Source of the DNA: the human T2T-CHM13v2.0 reference genome, Homo sapiens
Reading direction: 5' to 3' (one strand)
Assembly (NCBI RefSeq): GCF_009914755.1
Contig: NC_060942.1
DNA: 64,000 nucleotides
Under the pieces are notes generated by a model. It was not told the DNA's origin and did no database searches. It was given only the letters and a program-made list of their open reading frames with translations. Within the stretch, counting starts at the first letter, position 1, and each line of letters opens with the position of its first letter. Below, piece by piece: positions 1-13,080 of the stretch. The translations under genes and the position numbers were made by a program.

Positions 1-317
1 ATAATATTGGAATCCAACCTGATATAAGAACCTACCCTCTGCTAATAAAATTTTAACTCATGTATTTCTTCTTCTTCCTTCATATTTTTGTTTTCTAACA
101 ATAAAAATTATGAAATAAGAACCTAGCCCTGGGCCACAAACCATTTGGGGAAATTCCTCAGTATTAGCATCTCAATTTTTTAACTAGAGAGAAAACAAAT
201 CAATAATTGGATTAATAATTAGGTTCTTGAGCTTCTAAAATGTCTCTCATTACTTGATGGGTTCTTTATTTTTTTCTCCTTCTTCCAGTTCCTCTCCCTC
301 TCTCTCCCACTTCCCCG

Positions 318-320
<3 letters not shown>

Positions 321-352
<32 letters not shown>
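321..352. repeat. (CT)n microsatellite within a pyrimidine-rich tract
   Basis: Direct: ctctct... run, flanked by C/T-rich sequence at about 270-410. Confidence 0.95.
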
Positions 353-357
<5 letters not shown>

Positions 358-821
358 ACTCCGGCTCTAGGTATAGGTCTATCTCAACTCCTTCCCTCCC
401 TGCCCACTTCCTGAAAACAACTTACTGAAGATGCAAGACAAACCTGAGGTATGTTGAGGGGAACTAAAGTCCTAGAGAGGCTTATGTCAGACCATAGGGT
501 CTGTATTTACAGTTCAGTTTCCCCAACCCTCGTGTTTAGGTTTGTTCTCCAGCACAGGAAGATGGACCGGGAAGTGATGGGAACTTCCAGTAATGACCAT
601 CACTGACCCATAGAAAAGAAAGTATCCTATACCCTCAGAGAAGCTCTGAAGGAGACAGAGATAGAGAAGAAGGGATGTGAGGAACGGCTGAGGGGGCAGA
701 GGCATGAGTAGGGCCCAGTGCCTCTCTCACTGCCCCTCAGACGGTGGTACCAAGGTAACCATAGCAAAGGCCTGCCCAGAGCACGTTTGTCCCAACTCAC
801 TGCAGCATTAAGTGCCCCAAA

Positions 822-1150
822 ATTTTTCAGCAACTTGGATGGAGTTGGAGGCCATTATTCTAAGTGAAGTAACTCAGGAATGGAAAACCAAATATTGTAT
901 GTTCTCACTTATAAGTGGGAGCTAAGCTATGAGGATGAAAAGCATAAGAATTATATAATGGACTTAGGGGACTTGGGGAAAGGAGAAGGGGGTGAGTGAT
1001 AAAACATTACACATTGGGTACAGCATATACTGCTCAGATGACGGATACACGAAAAACCTCAGAAATAACCACTAAAGAACTTATCCATGTAAACAAAAAC
1101 CACCTGTTCCCCAAAAACTATTGAAATACATTTTTTAAAAAATAAATAAT
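822..1150 (+). mobile_element. LINE-1 3' end, L1PB-like
   Basis: gcaacttggatggagttggaggccattattctaagtgaagtaactcaggaatgg...accactaaagaacttatccatgtaa...aaaaactattgaaata matches the L1PB 3' UTR; A-rich end. Confidence 0.85.
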
Positions 1151-1151
1151 T

Positions 1152-1461
1152 AAAGATCTAAATAAATGAAAACATGTTCCATGTTCGTGGATTGGAAGAC
1201 TTAATATTGTTAAGACGGCAACACTCCCAGTACTTCACTCTTTTTGATGCTATTACAAATGGAATTTAATTTGCAAATCGTTCATTGCTAGTGTACAGAA
1301 ACACAACTGATTTTCATTTGTTGATCTTGTATCCTGCAACTTTGTTGAACTCATTCATTACCTCTCATAGTTTTGGGGTTTTTTAATGTTAATTCTTTGG
1401 GATTTTCTATATATACTATTGCGTCATCTGGAAATAAAGTCATTTTACTTCTTCCTTTCCA
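1152..1461. mobile_element. Two old L1M ORF2 fragments in opposite orientation (+ ~1152-1229, - ~1230-1461)
   Basis: + part aaagatctaaataaatg...tggattggaagacttaatattgttaag; - part reverse-complements to the RT region (tttccagatgac, a decayed FADD motif). Confidence 0.75.
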
Positions 1462-1492
1462 AAAAATAAAATAAAATAAAATAAAATAAAAT
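1462..1492 (+). repeat. (AAAAT)n tail-like repeat
   Basis: Direct. Confidence 0.9.
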
Positions 1493-1580
1493 GGGAAAAA
1501 GAGAGCCCCTTTTCTAGGTTGTTGTGAGGATTAAATGAGTTAACAAACTTAAAGCTCTAAAACAGGGCCCAGTATACAAC
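1488..1580 (+). mobile_element. MIR fragment
   Basis: ggttgttgtgaggattaaatgagttaa core. Confidence 0.75.
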
Positions 1581-2504
1581 CAACTCTCCCTCAATCATTT
1601 TATAAGAAATATAATACGGTGTACAAGAGGGCAAAGGACATAAAATTTAGAAAGGGTTTGAAAATGACCTTCAAAGCCTTAGGGGAGAAGGATTATAGGA
1701 GGAAAATGGCATTTTTAATCTTCTCGAAATATAGAATTTTTAATAGACCTAGCAAACTGGCAAGGGAGCCATTTTTCAGTTTATTTGCTTGTTTTGCTTT
1801 CCAACAAAACCTAAGTAAGGCTCCCTAACTGCAGCCTTACAGTTAAATCGGTTCCTTTGCATGGGTTCAGACTGAGTAGAATTAATATATCTGCCCATTG
1901 ACTCCCAGTGTTCTCTCCATGACAGGTCAGTATTGCTTGTCCCACAAGGACTGACTTAATGGCCTGCATCAGCAGCATATTGTGTGATTCATTTTCTTTG
2001 CAGGGAAGTCAGTCATAATTTTAATAAACATTTGCAGTCACTGCTCATCTTTGCTGCAGTGCTCCTGGGACACGTCCTCGTGGTTTTGTTAAGCAGCAGA
2101 GCCTGTGTGCTCTGTCAGGACATCAAGTATCCCTGGTAATCTCTGTGATGACTCCAGCAGAGAAATTAGAGCCCTGAACGAGGGAGCGTAGTCATTGGGT
2201 CTGTGGTCAGTTAAGTGGGGACCTGACTGAGACTGCAATGACCGAAGCATGTTTTAAGAAGCAACAGTATGAAGGGGATGCAGAGCAAATCAGGGGTCAG
2301 AACAGAGTGAGGGGCAAGAACAGAAGAATTAAGAAAATATTATTATTGTTGGTAGGGGGAGATTTAGGATAAAGAGAGGAAATAGGATCAAGAAAGAAGA
2401 GTCCTCTGAGAAGTATGGGAATGTAGATTTCCGTTCACTTCCCTAAGTCTGTTTTTCACCTGTATAATTAATAACATTACATACAATAACATTACATACA
2501 ATAA

Positions 2505-2752
2505 TTGTGAGGCATTTGCTATGTGGCAGGCCCCATTCTGTTTTAAATGTTTCAACCCATTTTATCCTCATGACAACCCAGTGAAGTACGTACTAACATG
2601 TTTGTCTTTATCATAACCCATTTTATAGCAAAGTGAGGAACAGAGATTTAAATCATTTGCCCAAGGTCACCCACCTAGAAAGCGGAGGAATCATGATTCC
2701 CACCTTGATAGCCTGGTTTCAGGGCCTATGTGCTTAACCATTATGCTGTACT
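2505..2752 (-). mobile_element. MIR
   Basis: cccattttatag...gagatttaaatcatttgcccaaggtcac; tgtgcttaaccattatgct. Confidence 0.75.
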
Positions 2753-5609
2753 GAAAAGGTAGAGAACTAACTACAAACGTGGTCTCAAACTTTTGTCTGA
2801 GACTACCAAAAAGTCAGAGCCTTTGTTCTTTTCATTTCCTATCCTTCATAAAGCAAGATGACTTTAATAACACTGCAAAGATGAAATACTAAAATAAGAT
2901 TGCATGATTGGATGTTGCAGCAGTGTCAAATTACAATAAAATTTCTAAATGTTTTCTATTTCTGTGCTTCTCTTATCACAAACTGATAAACAGTTCACAG
3001 CACTAGCTGGTTGATCACACTGTATGTAGTGCTAAACTGCATGATCTCTAGAATCCCCTCCAGCTCTGTGGTTCTGAAGAACAAATTTTGAAAAGCTGGC
3101 CAGGTTTCCCTCTTCTCTACAAAAACTAAATTCCAAAGGAGGTTAAAATTAAGCCTAAATAAAGCTTCTAAAACAATGCCAGGTTTATGTTAGACATCTT
3201 CCATTCACCTACAAGCATTTGCTGAGCACATACTTCGTTTCTGGTGTTGTCATGAGTGTTAAAGATAGAAGGATAAAGATATAGCCCCCTCCACAAACTT
3301 ACACTCTAGATGGGAGGATAAAAATACATCAAATGCTGTAAGATTGGCACAAGCTGATGACATTTAAAGCTAAAAAAGCAAAAAGAAGAGACACTCTTTT
3401 CTCCCTCCCTTGAGTCCCTTTCAAGGAATAAAAGGAATGAATCCTGTGTTTCCCAAGTAATCCTTTTTACCTGCTGAGTATAGGGTGGGGAGGTGTCAGG
3501 GTGGTATAAAAATGGAATCTGCAATCAAGTAAGAGATCCCTCGGGCTCTGTTTTTACCCATGCTACAGCACCTCTGACCTACTGTCACCTTAATATTACT
3601 ACCAAAGAAGTGTAGGCGGCCCCAGATGTCTCATGTGTGCTCCATAATGAATGTTTTTTGACATCCCTGGAACATCATGGGCCATTTTTCTTCTCCTTTG
3701 ATCTGGTTCATTGTGTTGACGGCTCCTGCAGTGCAAAAGCGGTAGCACAGCCACAGATGGCTGCTGGGGTCTCCTGTGTGTGATAATGAGGGTCTTGCTG
3801 TTGGGTCAAGAGCTCCATTTCCCATCACTGTAGAAGATCCCCATCAACACTGACACCTTGCATCTCAATATCTCAGCTCTCTTAGCTTCCACTGGTTCTT
3901 CCATTGTGCCTGCCTCATTTCCTTTGTATAAAACTCAAGTTTCAGTTTACAGTGGTTGGGAAGACACAGATGGACTCTGCATAGAATCACCACATCTCTC
4001 AGACACTAGCCCATGGTTCCTGAAACAGACTTTTCCCTCTGAAATGTGCATTTCACCTCTTTGTCTGAGATAAAATTATCCAAATTCCCTTAGTTCCTTC
4101 CAATAAAACAGGCCCATAAGGGGCCCACCCACCAGCCCTCCAGCCATTCCTGATACAGGTTTACGCTAGAACACCTATTCAAGAATATGCCAAGGCTCAA
4201 CCATATGCCTCCTCTTCTTTTCTTTATTTTTAATGAGTACCACTTGTCTATGCCACAGTAGTCCCCAGCTTCAGTTAGCCTCCACAGCACCACACCCTGT
4301 GACATATCTTAGGGAACACACCAGTGGAGAGCGTTATGTAGGAATTTCTAGGTGGTGAGGGGGGTTTTATCGAATTTCTGAGAGGTGTGGGAGTATGCAA
4401 AAAATCACAAGTTTTTGACTCCCTTGCTACAGTCATGGTTCTTTCTTTTTCATTTCAAACAAGGAGAAATTTTAGGAAAATCATAATGTGCTGGATTTTT
4501 AAAGTGCTAATTCACATGTCTTTAGACTTTTGTTTCTTAATTGTCCTCATCCCAGACACAGACCATTGTACTGAGTGTTGATTCTGTGACTACATTTGGG
4601 AATTTTGCAAGATACCTCCTACTTCTTAGAGTTGCATTTCCTCTCACAGTTGTTCCAACTTGACTAAAAGTTGGCTTTAGAATGAGATTGTTTGTGTGTG
4701 TTTTCTGACCTTTCAGCTGTTTATAACCCCCAAAATAATCACAATTATTATGTATGTTGTTCAAGTACAGAGCAAGCCAACTCAACTTCTCCCATGACTT
4801 CAGCTCCAAAGAGAAATCGTGTTTTTCTACTGTAGCCACAACTTAATTTTCTTTTAGCTTTTGTCAAATTTGGCTTATCTTCTCCAAACCACCTGGAGGA
4901 AGTCCAGAACACTCTACCCACCTCTTCTCCCCAGCACACCTGGACAGCCTCGTCTCCCCTGATTCTAACATGAAAGAGTCAAATCACCTCGGCAATTCTC
5001 TCTAATTCCCAGTAAGATGCCTGTCAAATCAAGAGCATAGAGATGCTTTGAGGAGTTCACTTGAGAAATCATCCCTTCCCAGATAAACAGTGATGGTTTA
5101 CGATTATTATTTCTTCACTGGAATAATACTTTTCCCACTCAGATTTCAACAAACTATGTTCCTTTGTAGTGGGTACTCTGAAAAGAGGACTGTAAGCATC
5201 CTGACACTTTGGCTCCTATATATTGTGTCACATATACATGTAACTTCAAGGGAGCTATAACATCAGAGGCAACCCACAGGGGTCATCCTGACAGCACAGG
5301 CTCTATGGAGTGGCTCAGCAACCAGAGTAGAATATCCACTCCTGGCTTTTTTTTTTTTCATTGTCCCCTTACTCCTAGGCATCTTTTTTATTTTATTGTT
5401 TTTAGAAAAACAAAATGCCTGACTTTTGCAGTTTGGTCTTGGTCATGCTTGCAAGCGTAAATCTCACAGTATCTGGATTACACAGTATCTAGATTATAAA
5501 CTCTCTGAGAATAAGAATATATCCCTCTGCTTTTTTTGGTCAAACAGTGATGGGTCTACATAGGGTCCTCAGTAACTACTAGTCAGTTGATTTCAGAGGT
5601 AAGCCATGA

Positions 5610-6895
5610 AAGGAGAAGACCACAGAGGTAAAGTACTATTCTCATCACATCATATCAGGATACATGTTGATAGTACCAACATGGCATCACTGTTGATGTT
5701 AACCTTGCTCACCTTTCTGATACAGTGTTGTCCGGTTTCTCCACTATAAAATTATTCTTTTTCCATACTGTACTCTTTGGAAGGAAGTTACTCTGAAGCC
5801 CACATTTAAGGACTTGGAAGCTATGCTCCACATCTCTGAAAGCAAAGTATCTACACACATTATTTGGAATTATTCTGCAATGAGATTTATCCCTTCTCTG
5901 CCATTTAATTAATAATTTTTTTCAGTATGAACTAATGGATATTCATTGTATACTTTGGGTTATAATCCAATACTATATCATTTATTTTATTGTTCAAATT
6001 GTTCCAGCTTTGGCCCTTGGGAGCTCTTCCAGATTGGCTCTTTTGACCCTTTGACATGCCATCATTTGTTTTTCAAGCTCTTTCTTACTTTCTGGCAGTA
6101 TAAGACCCTCTGGGTCCATCTTGGGTGTTTCCTGCCCCAATCCTAGAATCAGCCATTTCTTCAAGGAGCCCTGGTTCCTTTTCCTGGAGAATGGTATTGG
6201 AAACCAAGATCTGGGCCCTAGGTGTGCTTGTATTTACAAGGGTTTTGTTACTTCTAAGATCTCTCAAGCGACAGAGATAGGAAATATATGTATATATGTG
6301 AACTTGTAGACCTATGTATCTGTAATTCTCTGTTTCTATCCATCTGTATCTGTGTTAAGCTAAATATGAGTTCATACTTATATCTTGGACTCATCCAGCA
6401 CCACATAGTTCTTTCTAGCATCCCATGTTGCCTTCCTGCAACCTCCCCTTCCACAGTGAGAAATCTCTCTGTAACTCCTATGTAACCATAAGAAAAACAT
6501 CAGACAAACCCAAATTGAAGGACATCCTACAAAATATCATAATTGCCAAGGTCATCAAAGACAATGAAAGTCTGAGAAACGAAAGAAATATCATGACTAA
6601 ATGTAGCCTGGATGAGATCCTGGGACAGACAAAGGATGTTAGGGAAACTCTAAGGAAACCCAAATAAAGTATGGACGTTAGTTAATAATGATATATCAAT
6701 ACTGATTCATTAACTAATTTAATTAAGTCCATTAAAGTATGGACTAGTTAATAATAACATATTGATATTTGTTCATTGGTTCTAATGTACCATAGAAATG
6801 TAAGAGGAAACTAATAGGGTATATGAGAACTCTGTAACATCCTTGCAACTTTTCTGTAAATCTAAAATGAAAAGTGCATATCTTAAAGAAAAAAA
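5610..6895. mobile_element. Old L1 (L1MC/L1MD-like) 3' region with 5' inversion: - ~5610-6465, + ~6470-6895
   Basis: - part gatgttaaccttgctcacc...ggtttctccactataaa and aaggagccctggttccttt; + part agaaaaacatcagacaaacccaaattg...ttgcaacttttctgtaaatctaaaat. Confidence 0.75.
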
Positions 6896-7124
6896 GACCT
6901 AGAAAGTGCCTACCATATATAGTTCAATAAATGATAGCCCTATTATTTTTTACAATAATTTTTGCCATCTTGAAAAGTGAAAAGAAACATTTTGTTGCTT
7001 TAATTTGAATTTCTTTGATGATTAGCGAGGCTGAGCTTCTATAAAAGTTTGGTGTTGCTTTTTGTATCTACATCCTTTATCTGGTTTTTGTAGCTTGTTG
7101 ATTCTTCTGAATTATCTGGCCACG

Positions 7125-7568
7125 TGGGTAATCAAACACTTCCCAGTTTCTCAGGGACAGTCCTGATTCCTGTCTGCTGTACCAACTGATGATTAACATG
7201 AACGCTTTGTATTTAGAAAGATAAATTATAGGCAGGACATGGTGACTCACACCTGTAATCCCAGCACTTTGGGATGTCGAGGCGGGCAGATCACCTGAAG
7301 TAATGAGGTCCAGAGTTTGAGACCAGCCTGGCCAACATGGTGAAACCCCATCTCTACTAAAAATACAAAAAAAATTAGCTGGGCATGGTGGCGGGCGCCT
7401 GTAATCCCAGCTACTCGAGAGACTGAGGCAGGAGAATCACTTCTGGGAAACGGAGGTTGCAGTGAGCTGAGACCATGCCATTGCACTCCAGCCTGGGTGA
7501 CAAGAACAAAACTCTATCTCAAAAAAAAAAAAAAAAAAAACACAAAGATTAATTATATGGTCACCCTA
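7125..7568. mobile_element. MER94-like hAT-Blackjack MITE interrupted by an Alu
   Basis: tcccagtttctcagggacagtcc...gataaattata[Alu]tggtcacccta resembles MER94 including its terminal repeat. Confidence 0.65.
7231..7540 (+). mobile_element. AluS (Sq-like), full length
   Basis: Dimeric Alu, A20 tail, 14-bp TSD aaagataaattata (7217-7230) / aaagattaattata (7544-7557). Confidence 0.95.
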
Positions 7569-8004
7569 CTGTGCCACGGCACTGCCCTGACCAGCATGCT
7601 TTTCGTCTGTTCTCCCACACATATTTCCCAGCACCCCAGCTGCTGCTTCTTACTCCGTCCCCATCCACAACTGGTGCCCAGACCTTGGCAGTTAAACAGG
7701 GTACTTTTTTTGGTAGATAATAGTCTTCTGCCAAAAAACTCAAAACATGTTGCTAAATAACCACTCTTTGGAGGAGATACGACCTTCTATATAAATTACT
7801 ATCCAGTTCAGTACTGCAATACTAAACCTTCCACAGTTGAAAGTACTCTAAACGTATAGAGGTCCCTTTCCCAAACCCTTGTGTTTTGAAGGGCATTTTC
7901 CTCTGCTCCTGTCCACCTTGTTGAACTGCATTCAATGCCACCCCTAGGGGAAGGGGTGATGGCACAGAGCTGTGCACACACAGTCTTACAGCCATCTGAG
8001 GAAG

Positions 8005-8118
8005 ACAGCCCTCCTCTCGCCTTCCTCCTGTTCTTCCTCTCCCTTCCCTTTTCCTTCCTTCCTTTCTTACTTTCTTTTTACTTTCCCTTCTTCCTTTCTT
8101 CCCTCACCTCCTCCTACT
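8005..8118. repeat. Low-complexity polypyrimidine tract
   Basis: Direct: almost exclusively C/T. Confidence 0.85.
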
Positions 8119-8329
8119 GCTTTGGCAAGGGAAAGTTGTTTGTAGTTCAATTTATTTTTCCCCTTTATTTATTATGCAAATAATACATGTTAATTGAAGA
8201 AAATTAGAAAACACAGATAAGCAAAAAGAAAAAACATACACCACATACAGATAGCAATTAACATTTTAATGTATCTTTCCCTGTCCTATTAGGAGCAGTG
8301 TAACTACATGGAGAGCACTGTTAGACTTA

Positions 8330-8540
8330 AGATCTTCTCAACTTGGCTATGTGACCTTGAATGAGTTACCTCTCTAGGCCTCAGTTTTCACATCTGTAAA
8401 ATGGGGATAAATGGTGTGTTATTTATTATTATAATAAAATATCACATTATTATATCAAGATTAAACAAGGTAATGTATATATATCACCAATCACCATGCC
8501 AAACACAGAATAGGTACAGAATAAATGGCAAGTGTTACTA
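8330..8540 (+). mobile_element. MIR
   Basis: tgtgaccttg...gcctcagttttcacatctgtaaaatggggataa. Confidence 0.85.
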
Positions 8541-9699
8541 ATATGTGTTTAGTCAAACATCTCAGTAGGGGCACCTTGTGTTTTGTTCAACAAAATATAG
8601 AACTGTTTGTGATTAAATCTAGATCTGTACTATCATTTTTGGTGTTTATTTCTTTGTATTGCCTTTTTTATTTGGAAATATAATGAAGACAAATATATGT
8701 TAAAACATAATTAATAAACATCATGTATTGCCACTACTTTAGACACACTGGGAATTATCATTTCACCAGGAGTTTTAAATTTCAGTCTCACACGTGAAAA
8801 TGTGTGGGGCCACTTCAAAGTAGAAACATGAGGCCAATGATATCCTTGGATACCCTTGCTTTCATAAACACCAGCTCTTCACCCATATGTACATTCTGGG
8901 TCACGGTTTGATCTTGAGGACTAATGAGCTCCAAGGAACAATCTAAGCTGAATATAGTATTGATCACCAAAATATGAATAGAAGGTGTTTTCTGAATTTT
9001 ACTTGGGCACTTGCCTCTCCTGGTGCTTGCTGTTATATTTGGGAAAATATTGTTTGCTGTTGTCACTGTTTGTGTTGTTCAAGAGCAGGATTTTGGCTTG
9101 CATTGGCTTTCCTAATTGAGAAATACGAACCCAAGAAACAGTATAGAAAATGTCACTTCTGTTTACTCTCAGAAAACAGAACCTTAGAAACAAATTCAGC
9201 AGTAGAATCAATACAACACAGAGAAGGTATTGAGTTCATGGGTGTTTGACCAGATTTTCCCTGAAGAAAGGTCTGGGACGGCTGGTATTTGGGGACTACA
9301 TATGTATATGTACTCTTTTAGGCCCCCAAATCTGAGCAGTAACAGCCCTTTATACTGTGACATATGATACAGGACATAAGCAGCCTGTGTGTTTCTAGAT
9401 GTATTTTCACATAGCATTCTATATGAAAAGAAAATCAGGATGTGTGTAAAATCAGTGAAAGGAGGCCTCATGACATAAATCTTGTCAGTTAATTGGCCCA
9501 TTTCATCTATTAGAAGAAGTCCACGATGGGGCCAACTAGCATAGCCCCTGGCATTACAGGCAATGATAGATACCCATTGAACTGATTTGAAGGTAAACTG
9601 TTAGAAAACATGGTACAGAATTCTGTATTTAGTGTACAGGTTATGTGGTGACAAACCACATTTTATGTCTTCAAAGTATCCTTCAGAATTCAGCACAAT

Positions 9700-9860
9700 T
9701 ATTAAATGCTAACTAAGTGCCAGACACCGTAATAAGTATTTTGCATGGTAACCTCACTTTATCACCTCAGGCCCTGTAAGGGAGCTATTATAATTACCAG
9801 ATTCTTACAGATAGGGAAACTGAGGCCTCAAGAGGCCTCACAGCTGACAGGAGGCAGAGT
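9700..9860 (-). mobile_element. MIR
   Basis: ttacagatagggaaactgaggc. Confidence 0.7.
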
Positions 9861-11034
9861 GAAGTAGACACTTACCCACTTCTCCCTGCTGCAAAATTTG
9901 TCCTGGGAGGTCTGGTGGTCCATGAGGTCTGTGGGCTGCTCACTGTGCCTGCACCCCAAGCTCCCTGAGCCAGAACTTTCTTCCTAAGTCTTAATTTGTC
10001 ATGAAGTTCTCCTCCTACAGCTTATTAATTATTGAGGTAAGGCTGATGATTAGTATTAATATAACACAAATTAAAATCATGATGCAGGAGGACATTTTGA
10101 CCCATAAAGTGAATGTTAATTGAATTATTTCTAATTTTTATACATCTTCACAGTTCCTTTAGAATATTTTCTCTTACATGTCTAAGATAAGGACTGAGAC
10201 AGAAAACACATAGTTCCTAGAGTTCCTGTGTTTACCCTTTTATTATGACAGTGTCTGGGGACAGAACTAAAAGTCAAAGTAATAATATAAAGACAACAAT
10301 GACAAAGTATTTTCCCCCATATTACAGACAACTTTATGCGCATTCTCACTAAATCTTCACAATTCCTATACATTAGACTTACTGTCCTTTTTCTACAGAT
10401 CAGGAAATTGATCTGTAGAAAATTTCAGGGGAAAAAGAGTTATTCAGGTCACCCATCTGGGTTCACACCCTGGCTCCATCATTTACTATCTCCGTGATCT
10501 TGAGCAAGGCTGACATTCTGCCCATTACAAAATACTGCCTCTAGTGGTACCACTATATACTACACACAGGACCAATCCCAGGCAAAATCGTGATGTAGGC
10601 AGGATGTTGTCAATACCTAGCATATCCCATACTCTGCCCTTTTTCCTCCTTTCAATGTGCCCTCCTCTCCTAGGTTCTCAGGACTCTCAGACCATCCAGG
10701 ATCTCCACGTCACAGAGAAAAATGCTTCTGTCCTTCCCAGGACAGTTTGCATCATAAAGAGAACCTAATACAGGCCAGGCATAATGCTAGATGCAGGTAG
10801 ATAAATGGAAATAAGAAGTTGACCTTTATAAAGAACACACAATATAGCCAGGAAATGCAGGAGGGATGCCATTATCCCAGAAAGAGGAAATATCAGAAGA
10901 AGCAGATTCATAGGCAGACATAGGACAAGTAAATTCAAAGTTTTTAAAAATATATATATAACAGCTTTAAATTATATATTAATGTATTATATTAAATTAT
11001 AACATAAATATAAAAAATATATTTATGTATATAA

Positions 11035-11778
11035 AAGCTTTGTTGAGATAGATTTCAAACACTATATAATTCCCCCATTTAAAGTGCAAATTCAATGTTT
11101 TTTAATATATTCACATAGTTGTGTAACAATCACCACAATTAATTTTCGGACATTTTCAATACCCCAAAAAGAAACCCAGCACACATTGACCATCGCTCCC
11201 CCATTTCTGCACACTCGCCACCACAGCCCTAAGAAACCACTAATCTACTTTCTGCATCTGTCAATTTGCCTATTCTGGGCATTTCATATAAATGAAATCA
11301 CATATAGTATGTGGTCACTGTAATTCTTAACGTAATGTTTTCAAGGTTCATCTGTGTCGTAGCACATTTTAGGACTTCATTTATTTTCATTTCTGAATAA
11401 TATTCAATTATGTGGCTATAGCACATTTTATGTATCCAATCATCAGTTGACAAATATTTGGGTTGTTTCCACATTTTGGCTATTATGAATAGCACTGCCA
11501 TAAACATTCACATACAAGATTTTGTATAGACATATGTTTTCAGTTCTCTTACATAAATACCTAGGAGTGAAATTGCTGGGTAACTGTATGTGTAACCTTC
11601 TGAGAAACCACCATACTGTTTTCAAAGCAGCATTTTACATTCCCATCAGCAGTGCATGAGGGTTCCAACTTCTCCACATCCTCACCAACATTTGTTATTA
11701 TCAGTCTTTTTATTCTAGCTATCCTAGTGGATGTAAAGTGCTGTCTCATTGTGGTGTTCATTTCCTGATGACTAATGA
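11035..11778 (-). mobile_element. L1MB-like 3' end, inserted among L2 fragments
   Basis: agctttgttgagata...ccatttaaagtg...tcaccacaat; minus-strand ORFs resemble the decayed ORF2 C-terminus (MFMAVLFIIAKMWKQPK). Confidence 0.85.
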
Positions 11779-12124
11779 AGTTCAGTTTTAGATACCTGGA
11801 TTTGACATGCCTGTGAAACATCTAGGAAGCTTCTGGAAATTCAGCTTTAAGTATACAGCAAGTCTAAACTAGGGATAGAGCCTGTGTTTACATTTGAGAG
11901 TCATCAGCGTAATAATATCAAATAAAGTATTTCTATTTGTGGGATTTTTAGGCACTGTGGCATTAGGTAGAAACTATTTGGGACATGAGATTGTCCCAAG
12001 AACCTCAGATTGTACCATGTGGGTACCTACCAGCTCCATTCACATTCAAGACCAGCCTTGGCTAAGCAAATCAGGCTTTTCCTGTTCTGCATTGAGTCTG
12101 GAGACTTTCTGAAGACTGGAGAGG

Positions 12125-12345
12125 CTATATAATTAGTAGTTAAAAGTACAGCCTGGGACAATAAATAGCTGTGTGAATTAGGGACACAGAATTTCACTTA
12201 ACCTCTCTAGTCTCAGTTTCCTTTGCGTGTAAATGAAGAATAAAAAATGTGTTCCTATATCATAAAGTTAACATGAGGAATATAAAAGAAGTAGAACTAT
12301 TCCTGGAACATAGTAGGCACTCAATGAATAATGGTTGAATGAATG
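12125..12345 (+). mobile_element. MIR
   Basis: cacttaacctctctagtctcagtttcc...cctggaacatagtaggcactcaat. Confidence 0.75.
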
Positions 12346-12904
12346 TACTTAGCACAGTGTCCTGCACTTGGTAATTGTTCAACAGTCACAGTTAATATTC
12401 AATACACTCAAGCAGTAAAGAATAATGTGCGGCAAGGGCAAACATTCCATTGCCACCATCAGCCTTTGACCAGAACAAAACATAAATGGCAGATGTCTTT
12501 ATAGGTTCTTCCCACTTGCCAGGTAGTTCCCTGGGGGCCTGTCAGACAAGAAGGGTTCATGTCCACAGTCTCTCAGCTCTTTGAGCCAAGCAAATGTAAT
12601 TTGTGAGCTGCCATGTTCATCATCCTCTTCCATCAGGCCATTTATGGCCCTTACAACTTCACTCTTGATGAGAATGCATAAAATATTATTGGCCCTGTGT
12701 GCTTACTGTATAATATATGGAACTTAAATAGACATTATTAAATATTGTTAAATGAAGGGCTGAATAGGCACCCTAAAACACTTTCATGTTGAAAGGATTT
12801 GTTAACCCCACTGGTGCCATAAGAAATAACTTCAACATTTCCCTGATTCCTCCTTGCACAAAAGTCACTGGCAAATGGTTCAAAGAGGTTATGCAGAAAT
12901 GAAG

Positions 12905-13080
12905 TTCTGGGTTAAGAATAGTATCCTGGAGATAGGAGCCTCAGTTCAAATATTGGCTCTGGCATTCACATTACCTTAAGCAAGTTACTTTACTTCTCTG
13001 GACATCAGTTCGTGTATAAAATGAGAGGTCGACCATTACAGTGACTAGGTTCATTTCTAGCCCTCAAATTCTATGATTCC
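12905..13080 (+). mobile_element. MIR
   Basis: accttaagcaagttactttacttctctgg...tctatgattc. Confidence 0.65.

Noticed and set aside
5465-5496. Short tandem or near-tandem duplications (also 41941-41977, 48549-48573, 58579-58626)
   Set aside because: Ordinary 10-16 bp slippage events
11298-11821. ORFs resembling LINE-1 ORF2p (also 14182-14376 and 29341-29568)
   Set aside because: Fragmented, frameshifted remnants of dead L1 copies, not genes
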